DNA of 62,789 bases, counting the filler, from Stramenopiles sp. TOSAG23-6 (lineage: Eukaryota): NCBI GenBank assembly GCA_900128565.1. It is 15 parts of 15 records of this genome, joined end to end, with 100 filler letters (N's around TTAATTAATTAA, not from the genome) between each part and the next. Parts side by side here need not be neighbours in the genome. Positions count along the whole stretch, not along the records: positions 25,233 to 29,325 come from LT637268.1; positions 29,426 to 33,517 come from LT637269.1; positions 33,618 to 37,708 come from LT637270.1; 12 more parts are not named here. The stretch is one strand, 5' to 3'. Of the stretch, positions 25,574 to 37,808 are shown piece by piece. Position 1 is the stretch's first letter. Each line of letters opens with the position of its first letter. The notes under the pieces were generated by a model. It saw nothing but the letters and a program-made list of their open reading frames with translations, was not told the origin of the DNA and searched no databases. The translations under genes and the position numbers were made by a program.

Positions 25574-26764
25574 TAGAAAATTTTTTACCTGAACCAAAAT
25601 TTTTTTTTTTTTTTTTTTTTTTATTAATGGCGACAGTTGAAAAGGATGCTTCATTTACTGGTATTGATCTAAGTTCATCATCTTTAGCTTATGGCGCTTT
25701 CCGTTGGCAACAAATTGTAAATTCAGATGATTCTAATGTATCAAAACAAATGAAATCAAATAGAGTGAAGTTTTTACAGAGGGATGTACGGTTTCATCAT
25801 ACACTTCAAAAACATTTTCATACGAAATTTTGTACCTAACGATTTTTTTTTATTTTTTTTACCGAAAAAAAAAAAAAAAAATATTTTTTCACAATATATC
25901 TTTTACAATTGACGTCATTAGAAGATCTTATTCATAATGAAAAACTTGATTTACAAAATGATTATTTTGATGTCATTGAAGTGACTGGGGTTTTACATCA
26001 TTTACTGCATCCAGAGGAAGGTCTTCAATCTCTTTTAAAATTACTACGAAAAGGTGGTATAATAAAAATAGCCTTATATTCTCAAAAAGCACGCGAATAC
26101 AGTACGTTTTCATTTCAATTTCGATTTTTTTTTTTCGTACGAAATTTTGTACCTAACAAATTTTTTTAGATTTTTTGAAATATTTTTTCACAATATATGC
26201 GGTGTATATGCAGCTCGCAGGGTTATCAAAGAATTTCAATTACATATGGATGAAAATAGTAATGATCAACTACAAAACACGAATAATCATACTTTTGTAC
26301 AGAAACTGATGAGTGACAGTCATCGAGTTGGAAGTGAAATGAAAAAGTTAAGATTTTGGGAAAGATTGAATTCTGATGTTTCCGATATTCGAAATGCTAG
26401 AGAGCTTATATTTACAATTTCAAATAATATAAAGAAAGATAGTAAAGAAGATGCCATAGAAGCGAAAATTGCACGTTTGCAATATGGAGACTTTCACTCA
26501 GTGTCTGACACGAGAGACTTACTCTTCCATGCTCATGAAAAAGCTTTTAATCTGATTGAAGTTCAAGATATGCTTGAGAGAAATTCCTTAGAATTTTTAG
26601 GATTTGATATTGATCCTATGGCAAAAGCACGCTTTGATGCATTTGTTCAAAATGAAGAGTTGAATAGAACCAGTAGTATATTAGAAAATTGGGATAAGTT
26701 TGAGGAGAATAATTCTGGTTTCTTTGCTGGAATGTATCAGTTCTGGGCTGTAAAGAAGAGTTAA
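25344..26764 (+). CDS. Class I SAM-dependent methyltransferase, C-terminal part
   Basis: ILFAGCGT, GIDLS.SSLAY, FDVIEVTGVLHHL, RDLLFHAHE and GMYQFW; GT-AT introns 25786-25899 and 26102-26198. Confidence 0.85.
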
Positions 26765-27338
26765 TTAAGAGTACACAGAATAAACTGCATACACAATAGA
26801 AATTACATTGCATGCACTATATTATTTTTAGAAATTATATTAATCAAGATAAGCAAATCATCCTCGTTGGAGTGACGTTAACCACAAAGTCAAAAGCACC
26901 AATCCGAACGTGTCTTAGGAGAAGATTGACATTATCACATTAATTACTCTTAAACCAAGCCAGATGGATGCAAGCACTGCAAAATAAAACTCTACTGTAC
27001 CATATGCTAAAAATTCTTGATTCTTTTTACTTACCATTGTCAAAAATAGTGTCTATTGTCAAGCTACTATGTATTCTTTTTTCTTCAAGAGTAGTCGTGG
27101 TTGTAGTCAAGCAGTGGCCGATTCAGCGCAAGTTTCTAAACGCAAAATCAAATGACAACAACGCAAATTATTTTTTTTTTGACCATCAATTGATTTTTTT
27201 ATTTTTCGTGTTTCCTCTTTTTGTTTTCAAAGAGTCCTCGGGAGTCACACAATATATGAGTCAGAATGAGAATGAGTCAAGATCTGAGATCATCATAAAA
27301 AGGCAATTAATAAATCCTTGTTNCCTTGACAATTAACA

Positions 27339-29249
27339 ATGTCGTCTGACTTTGTCTGGCATTCTGGGTATTTGACAAAACATACTGTGGGTAGCACGTG
27401 GCATTGGGGGCGTTGGACTACTCGTTTTTTTTGTTTATATAACAACCTATTAACGTATCAGAAGAATGAGAATTCAGCAGCTGGAATAAAGAGTGTTATG
27501 ATTACCTCTGATACTATTTTGAGTTTATCTCACACAGGAAAATTAGCTTTCCACTTAAAAACTCCTCAATTGTCACTTCATGCTCAAGCAAGTAGTAAAG
27601 AGGAATTATTAGTATGGATGAAACAACTTGAAGCTGCAATTAGAGCTACTCGAATGCTTTCTGGTCACTCTTGCTCTGGTTTCCTCACAAAGTTAGCTAT
27701 AAAAAGTAAACGTAATTGGAAAAAGCGTTTCTTCTCTCTCAATAACAATTTGCTCAGTTATTATATTGTAGACAATGATAGTTCAGTAATGGTAAAAAAT
27801 AAAGGTACTCAATCAGTTGCAACATCAAAAGGATCAAAAACTGGAAAAGTAAAACAACAAACAAAGAGAACAAATAATGAAGGTACTCAATCAGTTGCAA
27901 CATCAAAAGCTGGTATAGTAAAACGTAGACCAAAGCGCATAATTCAACTTGATCATAATAGCAGTGTTCGTGAGGTAGGCTGTGTCAATGGTAGAAATTA
28001 TTGTTTTGAATTATACGTTTTTTTTTCAATTTTTCATCTAATTTTTTTTCGTACGAAATTTCGTACCTAACAAAAAAAATCAAAAAAAAAAATATTTCTT
28101 CACAATATATATCTACCCCAACGGCAGTATTAGTAGCACAGGCATCTAGTGAAGCATCGTTGAAAGTATGGTTAAGATCACTTCTCACTGCTATCGGCTT
28201 AGTAAAATTGAACCCTAGTATCAATGAAAAATTTGTTGAAAATGTTGCTGATGTAAAATTGAACCCTAGTATCAATGAAAAATTTGTTGAAAATCTTACT
28301 GATGTAAAATTGAACCCTAGTATCAATGAAAAATTTGTTGAAAATGTTACTGATGTAAAACAAGATATTAAATTGAAACAGACTGTTTTTTCATTAGGTA
28401 CGAAATTTGATACAAAACGATTAGGTACGGAATTTGATACAAAACTATGGGATTACTTATTGACTAATGCAACCACCATAGGGACTTTAATAGATAGTGG
28501 AATTGATTCTAGATATCGATTTGATATGTACGTGTTCAGCATGAATTTCAAAATATATTTTCATACGAAATTTTGTACCTAACAAAAAAAATATTTTTTT
28601 TTTAGCATAAATATCAAATTTATTTTTTTTTCATAAAAAAAATTCGTACCTAACCAACCAATCTCGAATTTTTGAAATATATTTTCACTATACATGTGGG
28701 TTAAATTGTGTGGTGCTTGTGCTTGGGCGTGGCGTAGGCCTAGAAGTGCCTTTGAAAGCGAAAATGAAGACGTCATTGAGGTATGTTTTATTGTTTTTTT
28801 CAATGTCAAATTTATTTTTTTTTCGTACGAAATTTTGTACCTAACAAAAATTTTTAGATTTTTTTTGAAATATTTTTTCACAATATAGGCAAAAGAAGCT
28901 GAAAATGCAATTTTATCTAGATCGATGGCTCAAAGATCTCAATCGTCTAGTAATACTACAATGATGTCAACATCTGATAAGAAAGATTCAAAGTTTGTCA
29001 ATGGCTTTCGAAAAATGATTAAAAAAGTTCATTCAAAACCGAATCAAAATTCGAATGTGGAAATGGTACGAAAATATTTACTAAAGAGGCGAATTTTATT
29101 AGAAAAAAATAGAAAATCAAAAAAAAGACGGAAAATTTGTGAGAGTCCTTGGGAACATTTTGGACGTCTAGCTCAGGCATCTAGTAAAAATGCACCTTTT
29201 GAGTCGACTATAATGAGAGATTTGGATCGAACGTTTCCAACAAATCCTT
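27339..29249 (+). CDS. Tandem PH and TBC (Rab-GAP) protein, 5' part
   Basis: Two PH domains (SGYLTK...W.TRFFCL; SGFLTK...WKKRFFSL), plus GIDSRYRFDMWVKLCGA and IMRDLDRTFPTNP (TBC); introns 28013-28110, 28528-28695 and 28781-28888. Confidence 0.88.
28202..28361 (+). repeat. 54-nt coding tandem repeat, 3 copies (VKLNPSINEKFVENxxD)
   Basis: Directly visible. Confidence 0.9.
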
Positions 29250-29263
29250 TGTACGTTTTCAAA

Positions 29264-29316
<53 letters not shown>

Positions 29317-29425
29317 TTTTTTTTTNNNNNNNNNNNNNNNNNNNNNNNNNNNNNNNNNNNNNNNNNNNNTTAATTAATTAANNNNNNNNNNNNNNNNNNN
29401 NNNNNNNNNNNNNNNNNNNNNNNNN

Positions 29426-30449
29426 TGTATGTATTTTGGAAAAATATTTAAAAAAAAAATTAAAATTTGTTAGGTACAAAATTTCGTATGAAAAAAAATT
29501 CGATTTTTTTGTAAAAAAAAATAATAAAGCATACATATCTGTCATAACTTCTATCTGTATAAGAAGGACGATAACTACTAGTATGACTATTTTCATAACG
29601 ACGATGATGATGTCTATCATTTCTATCATTTGTTACACGACTTTGTTGACTTTGATTATTTTGTTGACTTTGATTATTTTGTTGACTTTGTTGATTTCGA
29701 TTATTTTGTTGACTTCGATTATTTTGATTATTTTGATTTCCATTACATATTAAATTATTTTGTTGACTTTGATTATTTCTATTATTTTGAGTATCAAACA
29801 CAGCGTTTACAAAAACAGAAAAATATTCTACAAGATCATTTTTATCCTTGGCATTTATTAATTTCAAAAAATTTCCACGAGTTGATTTTTTATTACTGTA
29901 TTTTGTAAAAATATTTCAAAATTTTTTTTTTAGTTTCAAAAAAAAATTTGTTAGGTACGAAATTCCCTATGAAAAAATTTAAAAAAAAACAATTCATACA
30001 AAAGAAATAAATAAAACATACATAGTTTTGCTTACATAATTAGCAATAACAAACAACATTCGATATCCAATTAATGTAGCCGTATTTACACCTTTCATTG
30101 CACCTTGAATACAATTTTGATCGTTGTCTTGGTTAGATGTTTCATTATTATTATTGGTTGGTAATTGATGCATTAAATATGTAACGTAATTACGAATATT
30201 TTGATTGGGTTGAAATATTTCTGTTGCTATTTGTATCATATTTCTTGGATTATATTCGACAATTGACATTGTATCATCATTTTGAATTGATGTTAATTCA
30301 TGATTTTGTGTAGTTTGTATTGTGAAAAAATATTTTTTATTTTTTTTTTTTTTGTGAGTAAAAAAAAATATTTTGTATGAAATTTTCAAAAAAAAAAAAA
30401 AAAAAAAAANAAAAAAAAAAAAAAAAAAAANATTTTTTTTTTAAAAAAN

Positions 30450-30482
<33 letters not shown>

Positions 30483-32411
30483 ATGATAAAAACCTACGAG
30501 ATGATCGTTTTTCTGTTCCTAATGTTAAACCATTATATTGTACCGACATCATTCTATTATAGACTTGAAGAGCATCATCTTGAGTTAATTTAAAATTTCG
30601 NTTTTGTTTTTTGTACTCTTTTTTTCTTTCTTTAAGAATTTTTAGTTGTGTTGAAAGTACGTTATAAGCGGATTGAAGTAAATGATTTTGGTGCGACACT
30701 GGGCACACAAACCAATGCAACAGTCTATGATTATACGTGTATGTCATATTTAATTTTGTTGCTGATCGTCCATTCAAAATCCACATGTAGTACGAAAACA
30801 ACACGAAATCATGAAAAAAATCATTAGGTACGAAATTTACTATGAAAAAAAAAAAAAAAATCATGATGTGAAAAAACGTACTTGTCTCTACAGTTTAATA
30901 AATGACATCCAATAATTTTAACGTTTTTTGCCCATTGTTCTTTTTTTTGGCCAGTTACAGTTGCCATATATTCCTTTCGGTAACAACATGAGTGTGTTAA
31001 CATCGTTATGACTTTTGTCTCATGCCAGTTACCATGCGCGACTGAATAAGGACATGGAATTTGACGCTCAGGATTATTTTGAATTTTACAAAAGTTTTCA
31101 ATTAATTTTTTATTTTGTTCTTCTTTTTCATTTCTTTCGTCTTCAGCAATTTGTTTATCTCGTTCAAGCTGATTATTTTCCACTTGAGCTCTGCGTAGTC
31201 TTTCTTGAGCTTGTTCATTTTTTCCTTTTAATAAACTGTAAGCAATATTAAAAAAAAGGAATCTTTTTTCGTTAGGTATGAAATTATCTACCAAAAAAAA
31301 AAAAAAATTCATGATGAAAAAATACAAACTTCGTTAAGTTCTTCAAGTTTAGTTCTTTTAACCTTAAGTTTTTCTTCTCGTGTTATTCGCTCATGTTTAT
31401 GTTCTCTTATCGTTTTACTATATCTGGTCGTTAATTGAGTCATATATTGTAGAAAAATATTTCAATTTTGTTTTTTTGTTAGGTACAAAATTTACTATGA
31501 AAAAAACAAATCCGAAAAAAAAACTTTGAAGTGAATGAAACCTACAATCTTTTTTTTAGTTCTTCTTTTTCTTTTTCCATTGCAACCAATTTACTTTCAC
31601 CTAATTTATATTCCCAATATGTATCATGATAGTCAACCAAAATTTCATCTCCCTTTTTAACATTATTTTTTATAACAACTGCAAGTAATGGTAAATCAAG
31701 AAACGTAAACGTAAAAAAAGTGGCATTTCCATTTTCAGGAATGCGCTGACGGGCTCCATAAAACTCTTGCATTTTTCTCCAATCGTTAATTGATGCTAAT
31801 GCAGTTCTTCGATCCATGATGTACCCATCCATTGAAATATGATTATTTTTATACATCTTTTCAACTGCCTCAGAGGCGCTTTCTTTTGTTAGACCGAATG
31901 AATAGTTATCTCGTCCGTGTCCTGTGGTGTTTTCCAAATCCCTAAGCACTTTATCATACAAAATCTCACCACCGTAGAGAAGCGGAATGATAGTATACTT
32001 TTGAAGATTTGATCTAGCAACAAGTTTGAACGCTATATCTCCACCGAACTTACGAGCAGGGTGTTGCTCATCTTCTATAAACTTAATTTTTACATATTTT
32101 TGCCATTCGTCTGGGTCGGAACGGAGGCACTGTCGGATGTTTCTCATATGTTCCATTGTCGGGAAGGTAAAATCTTTACTGTAAAAATCATCCACACGTT
32201 GTACATCACTTTGGTGATCACACTTAATAGGTAATTTCAGGCGTAGAATAAAATCTGTTTCTTTTGTAGAATTTTCAACTCTCTCAAAATGTTTTCTTAG
32301 TTTTTTTTTGGTTTGACGCAGAGGAAGTTTTTCGAATAATTCTTCTTTAATATATATGCCAGCAGTCTCAGTGTACCCATATGGAGGCTTTGGTACTGAG
32401 CCGTGACTCAT
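29426..32411 (-). CDS. SET-domain protein with coiled coil and Cys/His-rich region; distal exons may be mis-joined
   Basis: YGGEIL...ASINDWR...NVKKGDEILVDYHDTYW (SET); introns 31442-31545 and 30785-30881 (GT-AT) and 29896-30021 (GT-AG); two further junctions are unresolved. Confidence 0.7.
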
Positions 32412-33478
32412 TGGTATTATGCTTATTTTTATAATCAATCTTTGTCCAGTTGTATAATTTATCCAACAGGTACTACTTTGTGTGTTGTCTGTCGTCGTCG
32501 TCGTGGCCAAAAAAAACAAGATTGTGTTTTTAACGATTGAAATCTACTGGGTGCCGGGTAACATTATACACTAAAAATAGAATCTCGAAAGACAATTTTT
32601 TTTTAATCAAATGAAATCAATATAACTACTCAAATATCACCACACAAATAAAACAAATATATATCCTTCAATCCATGTACAATATTATTTAATACTCGAT
32701 GTGTTGTAGTATTCAATGTATCACTTAATTCTCTACCATTTTTTTATACTTAAACACCATAAATACAAAAATATTGGTATATTATTTGATATATTGCCTT
32801 ATGCATCATCATCATCATCAATACGTACACATATTATTGTGCAGTAACATGAATATTTTTGAATGTATCATGACGATGAATCTTATAGGAATCCCTGAAA
32901 AATAAAAAAATATAAAATATTTAATATTTGTTAGGCATACACATTGTACTATTATTGTACTATTATGAAAAAAAATTAACATTTTTAAAATGAGTAATTA
33001 AAAACATACATGACGTCACTTACAGCATCTGTAGTCGATTTAGTTTGTTGTGAAACAAAAATAGCCGAAGGTACATTTGACATTTTACTTCCTTGCATGT
33101 ATTGAATAATATATTATATATATTGAAACGTTGTTAATTATATTCATATATATATTATATACTACAAACACATACAAAAAATATTTAAAAAAACATAAAA
33201 AAAAATATTACTTTTTTTTTTTTAAATAAATTTGAAATTCATACTAGGGTTAGGGTTACGTACATTGTTGCCAGCATTTGTAAACGAAGTGTTGAATCAC
33301 CAATTTTATATCCAGGTCGTGTTGCAAGCAATTCAAGTTCTCTACTCTTTGGATAAAAACTTAAAGATGAGGATAATGGATGAAAATGAGCAGTATAATT
33401 CAACCAAGCAAAACCAACACCAAACATATAGTATGAAAAATATTTTTTTTTTTTTTTTTTTTTTTTTTTAGGTATAAA

Positions 33479-33513
<35 letters not shown>

Positions 33514-33670
33514 TTAGNNNNNNNNNNNNNNNNNNNNNNNNNNNNNNNNNNNNNNNNNNNNTTAATTAATTAANNNNNNNNNNNNNNNNNNNNNNNNNNN
33601 NNNNNNNNNNNNNNNNNTACGAAATTTTGTACCTAACAATTTTTTTTTGAAATATTTTTCCAAAATACAT

Positions 33671-35180
33671 GGCCCAGAACCGAGTGATTTAATTGCCAAG
33701 TTAAAAGAGGAAGAAGTCAAGTATATCAAGTTGTTAATGGAAGCTCGTAATAACCCTACTAGTTCTGCAGATTATAAAGTTTTGATAGCAAGTGCTGATA
33801 AAGCCAAAGCATCTAGGGAAGCAATTGAAGCAAAGTGTAACGTAAATAGTAGAAATATTAGTGAAACAAACATATTTAAAAAAAGTAATAATGCTACAAA
33901 ACAGGTGAAAGACACAAGTGAAGCAACTGCAAGAAAAAAGAGAGATAAAATCTTTCGAACTCTTGAGAAAATTCTCGTAAAACAAAAAAAAGAACATTCT
34001 GGAGATAAATTAACTCGTCAATCTTTGGTGGTATTGCGTAAAATGTTCAAAAATTCGAAGCAGCCTCCTCCATTATATCATATTGAAAAAAAAACAAATT
34101 AAGAAAGATAATATTCTTGAAGATATTTCATTTGGTGAATTAGAAATGACACTCATTGGTGCAGAAAGTATCAAATATGGAGGGAAATCCTCAATGACAT
34201 GCTATGCAAAATATATCTTTGACAATGCTGGAACTATACACTCTGGTAAAACACAAGATGATAGCTCAGGAATGAGTCCCCAATGGAATCATTTACATAA
34301 ATTTGATAAAGTCGTTCCTGACAAAAGACGATCTCGAAAATGTGATCGTTTTATCAAACAGAAAGTAGTAGTTACATTGTACTTCAACGGATGGCTTGGT
34401 GACAAAGCTATTTGTAAAGCCGAGGTGCCTTTGACAAAGTTGGGGAGTTCTTGTGATTGTGTTGTTAAATCGCCTTGCGTAGATATCGGTTCTTCTTCAG
34501 GTAAGACGTGTGGTAGTATTTCAGTTCGATTTCGTGTCCGAAATCCTTTAGTTGAGCCTTCATTTACTGTTGTTACATATGATCATTTAATTATAGATAG
34601 TTATCCACCCACTTTAGCTGTTGGCCAGAGCCTATATGAAGCTATGAACTCATCACATGTCAAAGAAAAGTCAATAAAAGTGTTACCTAATAGTAAAACT
34701 GCTGCTTTAAATAGTAATGTAACTTCAGCTCTACGAAAGCAGCGTAAGAAAAGCCATCCTGCGGACCTAAGTGTGATGAAGGAATTAAGTGATGATGATA
34801 TTGATGATCTACCTGAGGAACTTGCATCAGCACATTTTATCACGAATATTCAAAGCTATGAATGTTTAAAAGCTGAGCTTGTTGTCCTTGATAAACTAAT
34901 TGCTTCATCAAAAGATGAAGACGAGAGAGAGTCATATACTTTTGATAAAGAATCAATCAAGACAAATATACATGTGATAGAGTTGACATTTAACAATGGC
35001 ACACTAACACCAACGATTTACTTTCCAAAAGTAATTGCATGTATGAACCGTGATCTCCGAAATGCGAAAGCATTTAAAGCTAAAGGTAAAAAATATAAAA
35101 TGGATTGTGTGCGCTGTTTCCAACGTTATAAAATTGCAAAAGCCGAACTTGAGAGTTTAAAAAAAAAGTACGGGAAATGA
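33671..35180 (+). CDS. CC2D1: CC2D1/Lgd-like C2-domain protein, C-terminal part; one frameshift in the A-run near 34087-34095
   Basis: PPPLYHIEKK...ELEMTLI...SPQWNHLHKF...GSISVRFRVRNPL resembles the CC2D1A/B C2 region. Confidence 0.75.
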
Positions 35181-35218
35181 TTTATAATGATTAAAACAAA
35201 ATAATGTCAAATGTTATA

Positions 35219-37189
35219 TTATTCTCGCTGTTTGATTTCTTCATTTCTCCTAGTTTCTCTATCGTTTTCTGGTAAATTTAATATTTCTTGATGTCTCAAA
35301 GCTGCAGGTACATTCGGAGGGGGCTTAAGAAGGTCCTCTGGGAGCAGCCTTCCTCCTTTATATGAAATTGGCACGGGTTTATTATTGTTCTGGGGAATTA
35401 AATTTATGCGATATCCCGATTTTGGCCTTCTTTTATCTATTGACTTTACTTCCTTTAAAGATCCAAATGAAAATGCGGGTCCTCGATATTTTGGATCGGG
35501 GAGTTTTCGAGGACCAGGAGTATTTTTAGCTAATTCTTCATGTCGTGACAAAGGTCTACCTACTCCAAGATACGAGTCGCGTTTACCACCTGATATACCA
35601 AAACGACCGATAGAACGACCATGTTCTGAAGATTCTTGTACAGCCCGGCAATTTTTATTATACTTATCAAAACATGAATCACTACTATAAATAGGTCCAG
35701 GGCTATTNCTACTGTCTGGAATAAATGTATTAATATCTCCTACTTTAAAGCGATCAATTGTAGAAAATTGACCACCCTTTGGCCGTGGTTGTGACGATAT
35801 ACGCTCCCCTCTTGATATATCTGTAATCTTTCCATTTGAAGTTAATTTTACTTCATTAAGCGATCGATGTATTCCTTTAGCAATTAGATCTCCATTTATC
35901 CAAGCCTCTGGCATGGTACGTGTTGCTTTTGATGACATCATACCTACCTGACCTTGCTTAGTTCCATTGTGCAATGCATCTCTATCGAGTAATCCTTTAT
36001 GAGCTCTACGTGCTACAGTTAGAGCAGCATCCATCTCAGCCCATTCCACCTTTCCATCACCATTAATGTCCATAAATTTATGAAGTAATTTCGCGTGATT
36101 ATCTGACAAATTCACTCCACAAATTTCAAATATAGAGCAGAACTCCTCTAACGAAATGTAACCATCATGATCATCAACCTTTTCATAAGCACTTCGCAAT
36201 TCGTGAAGTGGTACACTCCAAATCGAATATTGTTTTCTACTACTCTTTTTTTTACTAGACTTAAATGTTCCGACTTTAGGCTTTCCGAATCCATCATATT
36301 CAAAATCGCCAACATATCTCGTTTTATTAGTAAATTTATTCCTTGGATAATTTTGAGTTTGTTTCAGTATTTCGTTTTCTTGGTGTATTGCAGTCATTAG
36401 CTTGCATAAACCAGCAGTCATCGAATGTAGATGTTTTTTAGATGACATACCGCGACTTAGGCGAAGCCATTGTACTGATCGTGGATCCTTTGTTGCTTTC
36501 TTAGAAGTGTCTGCTTCCGGCATCTGAAAATGCTTCAAAGATAAACGATTTTTATCTACATGTTGAGTTTTGAAACGTGCAGCTGATCGACTAAAATCAA
36601 ATGATGGGCTTTTTGCAACAACATGGGTATACTTTACAGTTGAAAATAACTTTGGAGATCTTATTGGAGAAGATACACCAGGGTAGCGAGTTTTACTCGC
36701 AGGTGATGAAGAGCCTGGGGTATTCTGACGTATAGCATACAATGCTGGCGGAAGTTGTGGTTGAAATGCAGTCACTCTATTTTCAGCGATTTGCCAAGAA
36801 CCAAATATTTCGGTAGATGGAGTAAAAACAACACTGGAATTGCTCCTTGGTTTAATCACTCTTTTTGTTGGTATTTCATCTGCCTTTGTCGAGGTTTTGG
36901 ACGCAAATTGTTGCCGAAGTCTTTGGGATTCTTCCTTTACAAAATTTAACAGTTGAGACTCTGAAGCGACAGAAGCCTCTTTCCATTGTGCATCACCACC
37001 ATAAAATTCAGCAAAATCAACCAATGTGTATGCCCTATTATCCGTCGGATCAATTCGTCGTTCTGACTGTATCCACTCACTGTCACCACCATACGTCTCA
37101 ACAAAGGATTTTTTAGAATACAAACGACCGTCTAAAACATCAAGCCGTAAAGTTGTAGTTCCGTCTTCTTCAAAAGAATTTTTCACCAT
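35219..37189 (-). CDS. EF-hand protein with PGP-type motifs (possibly axonemal)
   Basis: DDHDGYISLEEF and DINGDGKVEWAE EF-hands; SPGPIY, TPGP and GPAFSFG motifs; no introns. Confidence 0.75.
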   Translation of the reverse strand: MVKNSFEEDGTTTLRLDVLDGRLYSKKSFVETYGGDSEWIQSERRIDPTDNRAYTLVDFAEFYGGDAQWKEASVASESQLLNFVKEESQRLRQQFASKTSTKADEIPTKRVIKPRSNSSVVFTPSTEIFGSWQIAENRVTAFQPQLPPALYAIRQNTPGSSSPASKTRYPGVSSPIRSPKLFSTVKYTHVVAKSPSFDFSRSAARFKTQHVDKNRLSLKHFQMPEADTSKKATKDPRSVQWLRLSRGMSSKKHLHSMTAGLCKLMTAIHQENEILKQTQNYPRNKFTNKTRYVGDFEYDGFGKPKVGTFKSSKKKSSRKQYSIWSVPLHELRSAYEKVDDHDGYISLEEFCSIFEICGVNLSDNHAKLLHKFMDINGDGKVEWAEMDAALTVARRAHKGLLDRDALHNGTKQGQVGMMSSKATRTMPEAWINGDLIAKGIHRSLNEVKLTSNGKITDISRGERISSQPRPKGGQFSTIDRFKVGDINTFIPDSXNSPGPIYSSDSCFDKYNKNCRAVQESSEHGRSIGRFGISGGKRDSYLGVGRPLSRHEELAKNTPGPRKLPDPKYRGPAFSFGSLKEVKSIDKRRPKSGYRINLIPQNNNKPVPISYKGGRLLPEDLLKPPPNVPAALRHQEILNLPENDRETRRNEEIKQRE

Positions 37190-37511
37190 TATATAGTATA
37201 CATATAAATGAAATATAGAAAATTGTCAAGCAAATTAAAAATAACTAGCAATGTTGATTGTTTACTATACTATGCAAGGTCTCTATGAATGATTAAAAGA
37301 TGATAAGTCCGAGAGTCTTAAGGCTACAGTTACGTTTTCTGTTTTTGTCAAAAAAACACGAAACCCAATTTTCCAATTTTCCAATTTCCAAAAATTGGGG
37401 ATTGATTGCATTCATTGCGCGATTGGCCAAACAGAAACTTTGAAAAAACTGTAGATTTCGGCAAGAGTATCGAATACTTCAATCCTATGGAAACATTTTT
37501 CACATTTCCCG

Positions 37512-37700
37512 ATGGAGCGTGGTGGGCTCCATCCTCTTGCTTCAGGTTTACTTCATGGATCTCCTTTTGTCCGCAAGGTAACAATGAAGTTACTTCGACG
37601 ATTAGACGCCTTGCCTGAAACACGCTATGGAGTTCAAGCTCTTAATCCTTTCTTGCTGACAACATTCACTCGATTATGTGATGCTGCGGACAACGATGAT
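37512..37700 (+). CDS. Fragment resembling the Afi1/SPA-family C-terminus
   Basis: GGLHPLASGLLHGSPFVRKVTMKLLRRL...ALNPF; ends at an AT|GTATGT donor; upstream part not found. Confidence 0.35.
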
Positions 37701-37808
37701 GTATGTTTNNNNNNNNNNNNNNNNNNNNNNNNNNNNNNNNNNNNNNNNNNNNTTAATTAATTAANNNNNNNNNNNNNNNNNNNNNNNNNNNNNNNNNNNN
37801 NNNNNNNN

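Noticed and set aside
28202-28361. CRISPR-like array
   Set aside because: In-frame coding tandem repeat with no unique spacers, in eukaryotic context.
34083-34102. Programmed frameshift or pseudogene in CC2D1
   Set aside because: The break lies in an A homopolymer with intact sequence on both sides; an indel error is more likely.
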